From positions 1,024,001 through 1,088,000 of the forward strand of contig CAVOJR010000001.1 of NCBI GenBank assembly GCA_963696295.1: 64,000 nt of DNA, in the 5' to 3' direction. This document shows, piece after piece, positions 38,449 to 47,833 of the stretch. Numbering within the stretch: the stretch's first letter is position 1; each line of letters begins with the position of its first letter. The translations under genes were made by a program, and so were the position numbers. This DNA is from an uncultured Chlamydiae bacterium. GTDB taxonomy: Bacteria > Chlamydiota > Chlamydiia > Chlamydiales > JAJFMB01. Under the pieces are notes generated by a model. The model searched no databases and had not been told where the DNA came from. It saw only the letters and a program-made list of their open reading frames with translations.

Positions 38449-39510
38449 ATGCCGTATTTCCTTTTGCTTTTTCTTTGCTATGCCATGGCCTATGGCCAGG
38501 AAGTGATCTATGAACAGTTAGTCACTCCCCCTGACTTCTTTATAAATGCGGGCACCCCAACGCTTGTGGAAGTTGAGCCCAATGTTTTGCTCTGCGCTTT
38601 TAGAGCTCAGCCGCCCGGTGCGCCAAATTTTACGATCTGGCAGGCCAAGAGAAATAAAAATGGGAAATGGTCCACTCCGGTAGAAGTTGCCAAAATAAAT
38701 GGCGCCCCTCCAACTGTGATCCTGTTCGATCCGGTCCTTTTCAAGCTCACCAGAAATGAGCTGATCATGTTCTACAAAGCCGGCACTTCTCCTCGAGAGG
38801 CCACGGGTTATCTCATCCGCTCGTTCAACAATGGGGACACCTGGTCGGAGCCGGAAATCCTGCCGGGCGGTGTGATCGGCTGCAACCGCACAAAGCCCTT
38901 TCTTCTCAAAGACGGCACTTTGCTATGCGGCTCCTCGCTAGAGACCTTTCAAGCCAATGACTGCTGGATCGACGTGACCAAAGATGGAGGGGCGACCTGG
39001 TCAAAACGGGGGCCTATCGTCCTGCCCGACACCGCATACGGCATCATTCAGCCCTCCCTTTTCCGGGGGCGCCACAATACCTTTAAAATGTTATGCCGCC
39101 CGACAGGGGGGCTCTTAATGCTTTGTACAGCAACTTCCTATGACCAGGGATTAACCTGGACAACTCCCCAGGTTACCAATATTCCGAATTCCGGCAGCCC
39201 GATCGACACACAAAATATCAGTAATGGCAGACTGCTACTGGTGAACAATCCTTTGGATGTAGCCGGGCAACGCAACGTTCTCGTCTCTTCCCTTTCGTAC
39301 GATTACGGGGAAACTTTTTCGAGCTTCATCACTTTGGAAAACAGCGCCGTGATAAAAGACCGCTTTGAAGCCCCCTACTTAATCGCGGCGGCCTGTTCCA
39401 AAGATAAAGAGCTGGTCTACTGTGTTTATGCCTCCACAACATACGAACCCACAAAGATAGCCGTCATCAAATTCATTATTATAGATGTGACGGAAAAGCA
39501 TGCGGAATAG
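38449..39510 (+). CDS. BNR/Asp-box sialidase-family protein, exported
   Basis: SFNNGDTW, TKDGGATW, SYDQGLTW, SYDYGETF Asp-boxes. Confidence 0.85.
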   Translation: MPYFLLLFLCYAMAYGQEVIYEQLVTPPDFFINAGTPTLVEVEPNVLLCAFRAQPPGAPNFTIWQAKRNKNGKWSTPVEVAKINGAPPTVILFDPVLFKLTRNELIMFYKAGTSPREATGYLIRSFNNGDTWSEPEILPGGVIGCNRTKPFLLKDGTLLCGSSLETFQANDCWIDVTKDGGATWSKRGPIVLPDTAYGIIQPSLFRGRHNTFKMLCRPTGGLLMLCTATSYDQGLTWTTPQVTNIPNSGSPIDTQNISNGRLLLVNNPLDVAGQRNVLVSSLSYDYGETFSSFITLENSAVIKDRFEAPYLIAAACSKDKELVYCVYASTTYEPTKIAVIKFIIIDVTEKHAE

Positions 39511-39511
39511 T

Positions 39512-40204
39512 TTAAAGGGACTGGATCGCTTCCAGGGAAGGAAACAACACAACTCCACCTTTAAGAAGGGCGGGCAGATCGGGATAGGGAGTGTTGCTGA
39601 CCATCACGGCTTTAGCCCTGGTCTGCAAAAGGGCGTTTATGCCCCTTGGCGTATCTTCAAACCCGATCACCCTGTCCCCCTCCTTGGCAAAGCGCTGGAT
39701 GGCCGTCAAGTAGCTCTCTGGATGAGGCTTCGGATGGGTATAGTCTTTGCGCATGATCCAATGGGTGATCTTATCCAGAACGGGATTTTTTTGCCTGATG
39801 AGCGACACAAACTCCTCTTTGGAGTTGGTCACCACGCAAGAGGGGATCCCCTCATTTTGCAAAGCTGCCAGCAGCTTATCCACCCCCGGCATCAGATTTG
39901 CCTCCCCCTCGGCCAATAACTCCTCCACCTGAGCCTGCTTGACAGCGTAGAGCGCATTCCAATCTTTATTCAGATTGGGAAAAGCGCGATAGATCTCCTC
40001 TTTCAGCTTTTCCGGACCGTAATGGGCAGCCAGGCAATACTCCTCGAACTGCCACCGCAAATCGCACCCCTGCTCCGCCAGCATATTCCGGTAGGCGTAG
40101 AAGTGGAGATGCTCGGTATTCACTAAAAGACCGTCGAGATCGAATAAGAATAATTGATAGCGATGAATCCATTGCATAACAGAAAATGATAGCATATAAT
40201 CCAA
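39512..40204 (-). CDS. HAD-IA family phosphatase
   Basis: FDLDGLLVNTE, KPHPESY, GFEDTPRG. Confidence 0.92.
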   Translation of the reverse strand: MDYMLSFSVMQWIHRYQLFLFDLDGLLVNTEHLHFYAYRNMLAEQGCDLRWQFEEYCLAAHYGPEKLKEEIYRAFPNLNKDWNALYAVKQAQVEELLAEGEANLMPGVDKLLAALQNEGIPSCVVTNSKEEFVSLIRQKNPVLDKITHWIMRKDYTHPKPHPESYLTAIQRFAKEGDRVIGFEDTPRGINALLQTRAKAVMVSNTPYPDLPALLKGGVVLFPSLEAIQSL

Positions 40205-40893
40205 TTCCTATGAGACTGTTTTTTTGCCTGCTCCTCCTCTTCAACGCCGGGTACGCCCTCGAAGCCCCCGTCAAAGCCGCGCCCCCGGTCTACCCTTGGT
40301 CTGACACTACCCTCCCCCCCATCACCAAGCACTATTTCCGCTGCAAGGGGTGCAGCACAAATCCACCATATCCCCATAATGATCAGACCCTTAAAGACTG
40401 CGGCGGCTGGCGCAAGCACAGCTTGCCCGTCAAAGATGGCAAGGAGTTTATCTACCCCATCCTGATCAGCCTGCTCAACCATATACAATCAGTCACCCGG
40501 CATAAGGTCATCATTACCAGCGGCCACCGCTGCCCGGCGCACAACACCTACCTCGACCCCACCTTTGCGAACCAGTATTCCAAGCATATGATCGGCGCGG
40601 AGGTCTCCTTTTATGTCGAAGGGATGGAGAACGCCCCCCTCTCCCTCGTCCAGATTATCCAGGACTATTACAGCGACCCTTTCAAGCGTTTCGACGGGAA
40701 AACCAATGTCTCTACCCCTCCCTGGATGAACAAAGAAATTTTTATAAAGTTATTCACCAGTGAAGAGGGGCGGAACTGCGACAACACCCATCCCTATCCC
40801 TACCTGAGCATTCAGGTGCGCTATGACCGGGACTCGAACGAGCCGGTGACCTACACCTGGGCCAGGGCGAACCGCGGCTTCTACCAGAAATAA
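40186..40893 (+). CDS. Conserved chlamydial exported protein with peptidase M15A-like motif (probable start ATG 40210)
   Basis: ITSGHRCPAHN...SKHMIGAEV. Confidence 0.75.
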   Translation: MIAYNPIPMRLFFCLLLLFNAGYALEAPVKAAPPVYPWSDTTLPPITKHYFRCKGCSTNPPYPHNDQTLKDCGGWRKHSLPVKDGKEFIYPILISLLNHIQSVTRHKVIITSGHRCPAHNTYLDPTFANQYSKHMIGAEVSFYVEGMENAPLSLVQIIQDYYSDPFKRFDGKTNVSTPPWMNKEIFIKLFTSEEGRNCDNTHPYPYLSIQVRYDRDSNEPVTYTWARANRGFYQK

Positions 40894-40953
40894 ACCTTGA
40901 AAAAGCGCTTCCTTTAAAAACGCCATTCGATTATATTGCTCTCAGTTTTGCTT

Positions 40954-41037
40954 GCCGATGTGGCGAAATTGGTAGACGCGGTAGACTCAAAATCTACTCT
41001 AGGCAACTAGGTGCTGGTTCGAGTCCGGTCATCGGCA
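40954..41037 (+). tRNA. tRNA-Leu(CAA)
   Basis: GCCGATG/CATCGGC acceptor stem, D-loop TGGTA, anticodon arm gtaga-ctCAAaa-tctac, long variable arm, GTTCGAG T-loop. Confidence 0.96.
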
Positions 41038-41042
41038 AATTC

Positions 41043-41077
41043 ACCGAATAGCTCTCACGAGCTATTCGGTTTTTTTT
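41043..41077 (+). terminator. Intrinsic terminator
   Basis: accgaatagctc-tcac-gagctattcggt followed by a T run. Confidence 0.9.
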
Positions 41078-41149
41078 CTGAAAAATAGTTGCTAAAAAAA
41101 CAGATATTTAGGGTTTTCTATAAAGATGCTTAAATTTCTCTATAGGCAC

Positions 41150-42016
41150 TTAAATTTTAAGCTCTTTAGAAAACTCGTAGCTGATAAGTTGTAAGGGTTC
41201 AGTTTTTTTATAGGCATCTTCTTCATGAGAAACTTTTAAAAGCTTTTTTCCTCCATCAGCATGTGCTATTTGTGCCACAAACTCTAATATTTCTTTTTCG
41301 GAATCCGAAAAAACACTTAAGTCGGTTTTTTCAGTGCTTTTTAAAATATGATGGCCTCCTGAAATCAATATCCCTTTTGTCTGAAATAGCTGATAGATGT
41401 TCTGGAACTGGTCTGGGCATGGGCCATATTCTAAATGCACGTATCTGGCCCCAGTAATACTCATTCCATACCGCTGAAAATGCTTAAAATCCGCATAAAA
41501 CAAGGCTTTATTCAAATACAAAGGACTTTTTGTAAAACCAATCAAATAACGCACGGCTTGCTTAAACAGCTCTAAACAAAAAGGTCTGTTACCGCTATAA
41601 ATATCAGATGAATGACTTTTCCAATGAACTTCGAGGGCATTAAGCTCCGCATAAGCTTCGTCGCATTTCAAACGTATATGATCATCTTGGACCACATCTT
41701 GAACGTAATAAGTCTCCCAGCGCTTAACGCTCGCTTCTCCCACTTTTAAATAGTTGGCAAAGGCAGTTTGAGACATTCCAAGTAATGCCCGGTATTTGAT
41801 AATCTCTTCAGAGGTTAATAGATTGTGATGCTTTCGATATTTATCTGCAGCGTTTCTTCGAAGAACATTCATTTGATCCCCATCCATCAAGGGAGTTTGG
41901 CATTTCGTACAAACAAAAGAAGGCACGACCACCTCGACTTCCTCTCCCTTTATTTCAGGATTAAAGCGAATGTTCTTCGTTTCAAACTTATCACAATCGC
42001 AACTTAGGCATCTCAC
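41150..42016 (-). CDS. MqsA-like antitoxin (Zn ribbon + HTH) fused to a SocA/Panacea (DUF4065) domain
   Basis: CLSC...CTKC; MSQTAFANYLKVGEASVKRWE; LNKALFYADF...YGPCP. Confidence 0.85.
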   Translation of the reverse strand: MRCLSCDCDKFETKNIRFNPEIKGEEVEVVVPSFVCTKCQTPLMDGDQMNVLRRNAADKYRKHHNLLTSEEIIKYRALLGMSQTAFANYLKVGEASVKRWETYYVQDVVQDDHIRLKCDEAYAELNALEVHWKSHSSDIYSGNRPFCLELFKQAVRYLIGFTKSPLYLNKALFYADFKHFQRYGMSITGARYVHLEYGPCPDQFQNIYQLFQTKGILISGGHHILKSTEKTDLSVFSDSEKEILEFVAQIAHADGGKKLLKVSHEEDAYKKTEPLQLISYEFSKELKI

Positions 42017-42384
42017 TTAATTTTCTCCTTGCTTTGATGCAATGATACATAATAATATCGCTCGTTTTTCAAAACAAACTTAATATACATCCATTTTGAC
42101 AGTTTGGAACTCCACCAACTAAAAGCCAACAACTCAAGTCCGGCAATTGATTTTTCATAGGATTTTTGCGGAGGTCTTGAGCCTATGTAATCTTTTGGCG
42201 CGATCTCTTCCAGCAACTCCCTTATCAATTGCCAAACATCATCGGCATCGCCTATTTCCAAATAGGTTAATTCGCCCACAGCTTTTGATGGATTAGCAAA
42301 AACACCAGGTCGATTGTTTAGAGATTCTTTCGCTTCTTTGATTCGTTTAATCAACTCTCGGTCAGAGGGGCGCTTGTCATGCAT
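42013..42384 (-). CDS. Putative MqsR-like toxin
   Basis: Upstream of and overlapping the antitoxin gene; MYIKF...YVSLH C-terminus. Confidence 0.65.
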   Translation of the reverse strand: MHDKRPSDRELIKRIKEAKESLNNRPGVFANPSKAVGELTYLEIGDADDVWQLIRELLEEIAPKDYIGSRPPQKSYEKSIAGLELLAFSWWSSKLSKWMYIKFVLKNERYYYVSLHQSKEKIK

Positions 42385-42493
42385 TTCTCATCCCTTCGTA
42401 TATTATTATAGCATCATATGATACCATTTTGTCAATCAAAAAGTCAACATTTTGATGGTTGGCGATTAATTATTAATTACTTAAGAATGGATG

Positions 42494-43180
42494 TCATTGT
42501 TTATATCCCACTGCTTCGATCAGAGTGTCGATATAGGCGGGCCTTGTCCTCTGAAAATCCACAAAGAGGAGCTCTTCGTACGATTTGGTATAGCTGATGG
42601 AAAAACGGGAGGAGGAGAGATGCTCCCGGATCGACTGGTCGGTGTGAAAATACCTTTGATAGGTGCCGCTGCTAGAAGTGTAAGTCGATAGTCCCGTCGC
42701 GGGATCATAGATAGAGCCCTGTGCCTCTTGGCATTCCGTCGAGCGCACAACGGCAAAAAGCCTGCCCCCTTTTTTTAAGACGCGGTACAGCTCATTTAGG
42801 GCAAGCTTTAGCTCTGCTTTATTCAAATAGTGCAGTACAAGCCTCGCGTATATGAAATCAAAAGAATGACTGTCATAGGGAAGGGGCTCTGCGACGTTCT
42901 CGATTTTGATGGCGATTTGCTCTGAGAAATCTGATAGTCTTTTTTTGGCAAATTCGGCCCCCTCAGGGTCGATCGTAGTGGCGATGATGCGCCTCCTGGG
43001 ATTCCCTGCCGCCATCCGCTCTTCGGCAACGCCTCCGGTGGATATGCCGACGCTGTAAATGCGCAAATCTTGATCTGTTAAAACGGTAAATAGATTGTTT
43101 TCACTAATTGAGGGTGGCATTCCTGATATTATTGCTATGCAGGGAAAAATTTTCAATTGATTTTGAGGCAGATATTTCAT
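42494..43180 (-). CDS. Class I SAM-dependent methyltransferase (start uncertain)
   Basis: LPYDSHSFDFIY...LHY...LYRVLKKGG. Confidence 0.8.
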   Translation of the reverse strand: MKYLPQNQLKIFPCIAIISGMPPSISENNLFTVLTDQDLRIYSVGISTGGVAEERMAAGNPRRRIIATTIDPEGAEFAKKRLSDFSEQIAIKIENVAEPLPYDSHSFDFIYARLVLHYLNKAELKLALNELYRVLKKGGRLFAVVRSTECQEAQGSIYDPATGLSTYTSSSGTYQRYFHTDQSIREHLSSSRFSISYTKSYEELLFVDFQRTRPAYIDTLIEAVGYKQ

Positions 43181-43192
43181 AGAATCTTAGGA

Positions 43193-44008
43193 ATGAAACT
43201 TTTCTTTTACTTAGCTTTATCGACGGGGATGATCTTTGGCCAAGGGGTCCAGGATGCCGGCACCTACCACAACAACTCAAGCCAGCAGTGGAACCTGGTC
43301 GAGAATTGGATCGAATCGATCTCCTGGGAAGGGAATGAGCGCGTTCTCGATGTGGGGTGCGGCGACGGCAAAATTACCGCCCTGATCGCCTCTAAAGTCC
43401 CTTCCGGCCAGGTGGTCGGACTCGATGTTTCCCCTTCCATGGTGCAGTTTGCCGCCTCGCAATTCCAAAGCCCCGTTTTAAGTTTTGCGGTAGGCGATGC
43501 CGCCCATCTCTCTTTTGAACAAAACTTTGATGTGGTTGTCTCCTTTTCGACACTGCACTGGGTGCTGGACCAGGAAAGCGCCCTGAAAGGGATTGCGCGA
43601 GCCCTTGCGCCGGGAGGTAAGGCGTACATCAAAACCTATGGCAAGGCGCCTATGAATTTCGTGGCCGTTTGCGAAAAGCTCATGCATTCCGATGAGTGGA
43701 GAGGCTTATTTCCTGAGTATCGGCCGCAAAGAGTTTACTTTACGCCGGAGGAGTATCAAGCGCTTTTGAATGGCGCGGGTTTTGACCGGGTGGAGCTGAC
43801 CAGCTACTGGTACGAATACCCTTTGCCTGACCGGGAAGCTGCCTTTCGATACGCCAAACCTTTGATTAATTTCATCGGACACCTTTCCGGGGATCTCCAG
43901 GAAAAGTTTGTGAATGAATTTATCGATGAAATCCTCAAATTGGCTCAACCTGCAGCGGACGGCTCTATAGTCTTTCGATTTTTGATCCTGCAGGTAATTG
44001 CATCCTGA
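43193..44008 (+). CDS. Class I SAM-dependent methyltransferase (Tam-like)
   Basis: VLDVGCGDG, FDVVVSFSTLHWV, LAPGG. Confidence 0.88.
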   Translation: MKLFFYLALSTGMIFGQGVQDAGTYHNNSSQQWNLVENWIESISWEGNERVLDVGCGDGKITALIASKVPSGQVVGLDVSPSMVQFAASQFQSPVLSFAVGDAAHLSFEQNFDVVVSFSTLHWVLDQESALKGIARALAPGGKAYIKTYGKAPMNFVAVCEKLMHSDEWRGLFPEYRPQRVYFTPEEYQALLNGAGFDRVELTSYWYEYPLPDREAAFRYAKPLINFIGHLSGDLQEKFVNEFIDEILKLAQPAADGSIVFRFLILQVIAS

Positions 44009-45185
44009 AACCGATGCCGGCCAGGGCAAAGCAAGCGGCCCCGCCCCAGGCCGCCAGAGCGGGAAAAGCTCCGATCAGAGGGCCCGCCAGCAATGGGCTT
44101 AGCCCCATCGCCGCCGCTCCAACCGACTGATAAACCCCTAAAACCTCCCCCTGCTCATGGATGCCCGCGCGATTCGAAACGATTGCGTTCGCGGTAGGAA
44201 TGGCGATGGAGAGGCCGCTCATCATAAAGGGAATCACCCACCAGATGAACCGGGAGTCGATGAAGGTAAAGCTGACCACACAGGCAGCCGTTAAAATCAA
44301 TGAGGCAAGCAAGAGCTTTTCCTGGGAAAAGCGGTGCACAAAACGGATAGCCGCCAATGAGCCGAGAGCATAGAAGGCCCCGACGAAAGCATAATATTCC
44401 CCAAGCTCGCTCAAACTAAATCCAAAGCGCTTTTTCAGGAGCAGCGGAATAAATTCATTAAAAGTCGCCCACCCGAAAGCCATGACAAAGCCGGCCGCGA
44501 ACAGCCACTTCAGGTGATCGAAAAAAAACACCTTGCCAATCTTACGAATGCTCTCAATCCACTCGAAGGCGGCCCCTCCGGGCTGTTTCTCCGTTGCTGG
44601 CAGCAGCCGTACCACTAAGGCGAGATTGATCGAGGAGAACAGCAGCGCCGCAGCAAACGGGGTCGAATAGTTAAACCAGCTCACCACAGCGGGATCGGCG
44701 ATCAATCCCCCTAAAAAGGGGCCGAGCGTAAACCCCAGACCAATCGCGGCGCTTAAACAGGCGAATCGCATGGCTTTATTTTCCGCGCTGCTTATGTCTG
44801 CAAGAGCCGCCTGAGCCACGGCAGCCGTCGCCGCTGAGACGCCCACCAGAATGCGATACAAGACGAGCAGGGGAAGCGAATTCAAATAGATCCCGGCCAC
44901 CGCCAGAAGATAGCCGAGACAACCGGCGCCAATGCCGATGATCAGGGCGGCCCGCCGCCCCATCTTATCTGAGAAAACGCCCAATAGCGGCGCGCAAAAA
45001 AATTGGGAAATAGGCGTCAGCGCAATCAATAAGCCAAGCAAAGCTCCCCGATACTCGGGCGAGGCATCGAAAGGGAGAATGGGCTGAGCGGTATCAAACA
45101 GCAGAACGGCAAAAATAGGATAGACCAGGCCGATCCCAAGGTAATCGACAAATCCTATCAACAAAATAATAAAAAATGCTAACAT
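43965..45185 (-). CDS. MFS transporter (TetA/DHA1-like)
   Basis: About 12 hydrophobic segments; GVFSDKMGRR; GFTLGPFLGG. Confidence 0.92.
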   Translation of the reverse strand: MLAFFIILLIGFVDYLGIGLVYPIFAVLLFDTAQPILPFDASPEYRGALLGLLIALTPISQFFCAPLLGVFSDKMGRRAALIIGIGAGCLGYLLAVAGIYLNSLPLLVLYRILVGVSAATAAVAQAALADISSAENKAMRFACLSAAIGLGFTLGPFLGGLIADPAVVSWFNYSTPFAAALLFSSINLALVVRLLPATEKQPGGAAFEWIESIRKIGKVFFFDHLKWLFAAGFVMAFGWATFNEFIPLLLKKRFGFSLSELGEYYAFVGAFYALGSLAAIRFVHRFSQEKLLLASLILTAACVVSFTFIDSRFIWWVIPFMMSGLSIAIPTANAIVSNRAGIHEQGEVLGVYQSVGAAAMGLSPLLAGPLIGAFPALAAWGGAACFALAGIGFRMQLPAGSKIERL

Positions 45186-45217
45186 GGTTCATAAATATTA
45201 ACTTGTGGAAGTAATAT

Positions 45218-45559
45218 TTGCAAATGGAAGAGATTAAGTGGGACGATTTTACCAAAGTAGAGCTCAGGGTGGGCACCATCGTGGAAGCCGAAGATTTTCC
45301 CGAAGCCAAGAAGCCCGCCTATAAATTAACCGTCGACCTCGGCAGCGAAATCGGCCTGAAGCGCTCCAGCGCCCAGATCACTCAGCTCTATAACAAGGAG
45401 GAGCTGATCGGCAAGCAGGTCATTTGCGTTGTCAATTTTGCGAAAAAGCAGATCGGCCCCTTTATCTCCGAAATCTTGACCACCGGTTTTATCCAGCAGG
45501 AGGGGGTGGTCCTGGCCGTTCCCGACAAGCGGATCAAGAACGGCTCAAAGTTGTTGTAA
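45218..45559 (+). CDS. csaA: CsaA/Trbp111-type tRNA-binding protein
   Basis: DFTKVELRVGTI, KPAYKL, SSAQIT, VVNF. Confidence 0.9.
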   Translation: MQMEEIKWDDFTKVELRVGTIVEAEDFPEAKKPAYKLTVDLGSEIGLKRSSAQITQLYNKEELIGKQVICVVNFAKKQIGPFISEILTTGFIQQEGVVLAVPDKRIKNGSKLL

Positions 45560-45577
45560 TTAAGCGCGATTTTGATT

Positions 45578-45643
45578 ATGATGAAGTCTATGAACCACAA
45601 TCATTTTTTCATTGTCGTCTCAGTCGTCGTCGTGCCCTGCTAG
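45578..45643 (+). promoter_or_regulatory. Putative Val/Ile-rich leader peptide MMKSMNHNHFFIVVSVVVVPC
   Basis: Short ORF with six Val and one Ile in eight codons, ending 64 nt before brnQ. Confidence 0.7.
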
Positions 45644-45707
45644 GGCCTAATTCTTATTGCACCTCTCACTTTTAATTTTTCTCTAATCAATAAAAAAAGG
45701 TTTAACC

Positions 45708-46835
45708 ATGAAAAGAACCGTTTTGTCTACAGGAGTTGCAATTTTTTCGATGTTCTTCGGCGCCGGCAACGCAGTCTTTCCTCTGCTGCTCGGCAAAATG
45801 GCCGGAGATAAAGTCCCCTTCGCCCTCTTTGGCCTGCTCATCACGGCTGTGGGCGGCCCGCTGCTCGGGATGCTCGGCACAGTGCTCTTCCAAGGGAAGA
45901 CCAGACTCTACTTTTCCCGCATCGGCAAGTTCCCGGGAACTTTTTTGATGCTGATCACTTTGGGGTTTTTAGGCCCTTTCGCAGTTATGCCCCGCTGCGT
46001 TACCGTGGCCTATGCGGGCATCAAGCCGATAGTCCCCGAGTTATCGCTGATGATGTTCAGCATCTTATTCAGCCTGCTTTGTTTTTTTTGCTGCATCAAT
46101 AAAAACAGGGTGATCCCGTTGCTGGGACTCATCTTGAGCCCCATGCTCTTAGGCTGCCTTGTCCTCATCATTATCAAAGGCAAATTAACCGGCAATGCCT
46201 ACCCTGTGGTAGATTTATCAGCGAAAGAAGCCATTTTTGCCGGGCTTTCCTGCGGCTACGATACGATGGATCTGATTGCCTCCCTGTTTTTTTCCGCGGC
46301 CATTTGGAATATGCTGCAAGGGAAGGGAAATCAGTCGCTATTTAAAACCGCTATGCTCTCAGGCCTAGTAGGGGGATTTCTGCTGGCCGCCGTTTATATC
46401 GGCCTTTGCCAAGTCTCCGCCCTGCACCAAGGGCATCTCTCCAATGCCGCTCCGGAAGAGTTGATCATTAACCTGGCGGCATTGACTTTGGGCCCCTATT
46501 TGGGGTTGACCGCTAACCTGGCCATCGCTCTCGCTTGCCTGACGACGGTCATCGCGCTGGCCACGACGATTGGAGACGTCTTGACAAGGGAGTTTATTAA
46601 GGGCGGGGAGGGTTTGGTGCTGTTTCTCGTATTGGCGATCACGGCTCTCTTGTCGAACCTCGGCTTTGAAAAGATTATGATGATCATGCACCCCATGGTA
46701 GCGATTTGCTATCCGGCCATCATTGTGCTGACCCTGTGCAATATCGGCTATCAAACGCGCGGGTTCAATAGCGTGAAAGTGCCGGTAGCGCTCACTTTGG
46801 CCCTGACAATTATTTATACCCTTACAACCTCATAA
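45708..46835 (+). CDS. brnQ: Branched-chain amino acid transporter (LIVCS family)
   Basis: FSMFFGAGN.VFP, GPFAVMPR, GYDTMDLIA, ACLTT, YPAII. Confidence 0.93.
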   Translation: MKRTVLSTGVAIFSMFFGAGNAVFPLLLGKMAGDKVPFALFGLLITAVGGPLLGMLGTVLFQGKTRLYFSRIGKFPGTFLMLITLGFLGPFAVMPRCVTVAYAGIKPIVPELSLMMFSILFSLLCFFCCINKNRVIPLLGLILSPMLLGCLVLIIIKGKLTGNAYPVVDLSAKEAIFAGLSCGYDTMDLIASLFFSAAIWNMLQGKGNQSLFKTAMLSGLVGGFLLAAVYIGLCQVSALHQGHLSNAAPEELIINLAALTLGPYLGLTANLAIALACLTTVIALATTIGDVLTREFIKGGEGLVLFLVLAITALLSNLGFEKIMMIMHPMVAICYPAIIVLTLCNIGYQTRGFNSVKVPVALTLALTIIYTLTTS

Positions 46836-46873
46836 TTTGGTTTTTGGCAAAGTTTTGAGGATGTTAGGGTATA
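46815..46873. mobile_element. 59-bp internally deleted copy of the palindromic element
   Basis: TATACCCTTACAACCTCATAATTTGGTTTTTGGCAAAG ... TGAGGATGTTAGGGTATA, matching the reverse complement of 13214-13377. Confidence 0.8.
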
Positions 46874-47833
46874 CTATTGGGCGACCTGAATATCGGCGAT
46901 GACAGGCAAATGATCGGAAGGGTATAAGCCGTCGACGCGGCCTGGTTCGACGGCGTGCATCAACACAGTAATGTCCTTGGTGACGAAAATGTGGTCGAGG
47001 AAAACGCCGGGGGTCCCGCTCCCTTGAAAAGGGGTCGTATCTTCTCCATTATTGGAAAAGGTCGACAAGGGGCCCACATGCCCGAGCAGAGCGCACTCGC
47101 GCGCATCGACTAAAAGGTCCCCTTTTAAGAGGGATTCGATGCGGGTCCCGTCGAGGAAGGGGAGTTTTTTTAACGAAGGGAGATTGGGAAAGGTGTTCAT
47201 ATCACCGGTTAAAATGAGCGGGGGCACTTCGGTGGTCTCTTCTCTCAAAAATTCGGAAATGAACCGATGGATCTTTTCCGCCTGCGCTTCCCGCTTATCG
47301 ATATTCGAAAAGGCCAGATGGGTATTGCAAAAAGCCACTGCTTTACCCGTGGCGCGGTCTTGCAGTTTCACAAAATTCATAGGATCCATATAGCGGGTCT
47401 CTATCAGTTCAAAGCGGTGCTTATTATAAAAAATGGCGTTAATCTCCCCGTTTTTTTGAGGCACGCCGAAATAGGCGTATTTGCCTTCCAAACAGGGCAA
47501 AAGATCCTTGAGCTGGTTCGTGCAAAGCTCCTGCACGCCCAAGATGTCGGGCTGAAGGTGTTCAATCATTTCCGCCACGCGCGCTTTTCTTTGAGGCCAG
47601 CGGTAAGCTTCGGGCAAATCATTATCGTAGAAATCAAATAAAGTATTAAAAGTGACGACCCGGATGGCCTCCCCTTTTTTGGCGAGTTTTTCCCGAATTT
47701 CAAGGTATTGGCGGGTGGAGTATTTCCTGGCGTCGGCCTGCTCGTAAATGGAGGCCATCTGCGGAATAACCGATTCTTCCACAGCACCAAAAAGGGAAGA
47801 AACATAAATTAGGAGAAATAGATAGTTCTTCAT
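46874..47833 (-). CDS. Endonuclease/exonuclease/phosphatase family protein
   Basis: VTFN, DILGVQE, NTHL, TGDMN, LDHIF, SDHLPV. Confidence 0.9.
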   Translation of the reverse strand: MKNYLFLLIYVSSLFGAVEESVIPQMASIYEQADARKYSTRQYLEIREKLAKKGEAIRVVTFNTLFDFYDNDLPEAYRWPQRKARVAEMIEHLQPDILGVQELCTNQLKDLLPCLEGKYAYFGVPQKNGEINAIFYNKHRFELIETRYMDPMNFVKLQDRATGKAVAFCNTHLAFSNIDKREAQAEKIHRFISEFLREETTEVPPLILTGDMNTFPNLPSLKKLPFLDGTRIESLLKGDLLVDARECALLGHVGPLSTFSNNGEDTTPFQGSGTPGVFLDHIFVTKDITVLMHAVEPGRVDGLYPSDHLPVIADIQVAQ

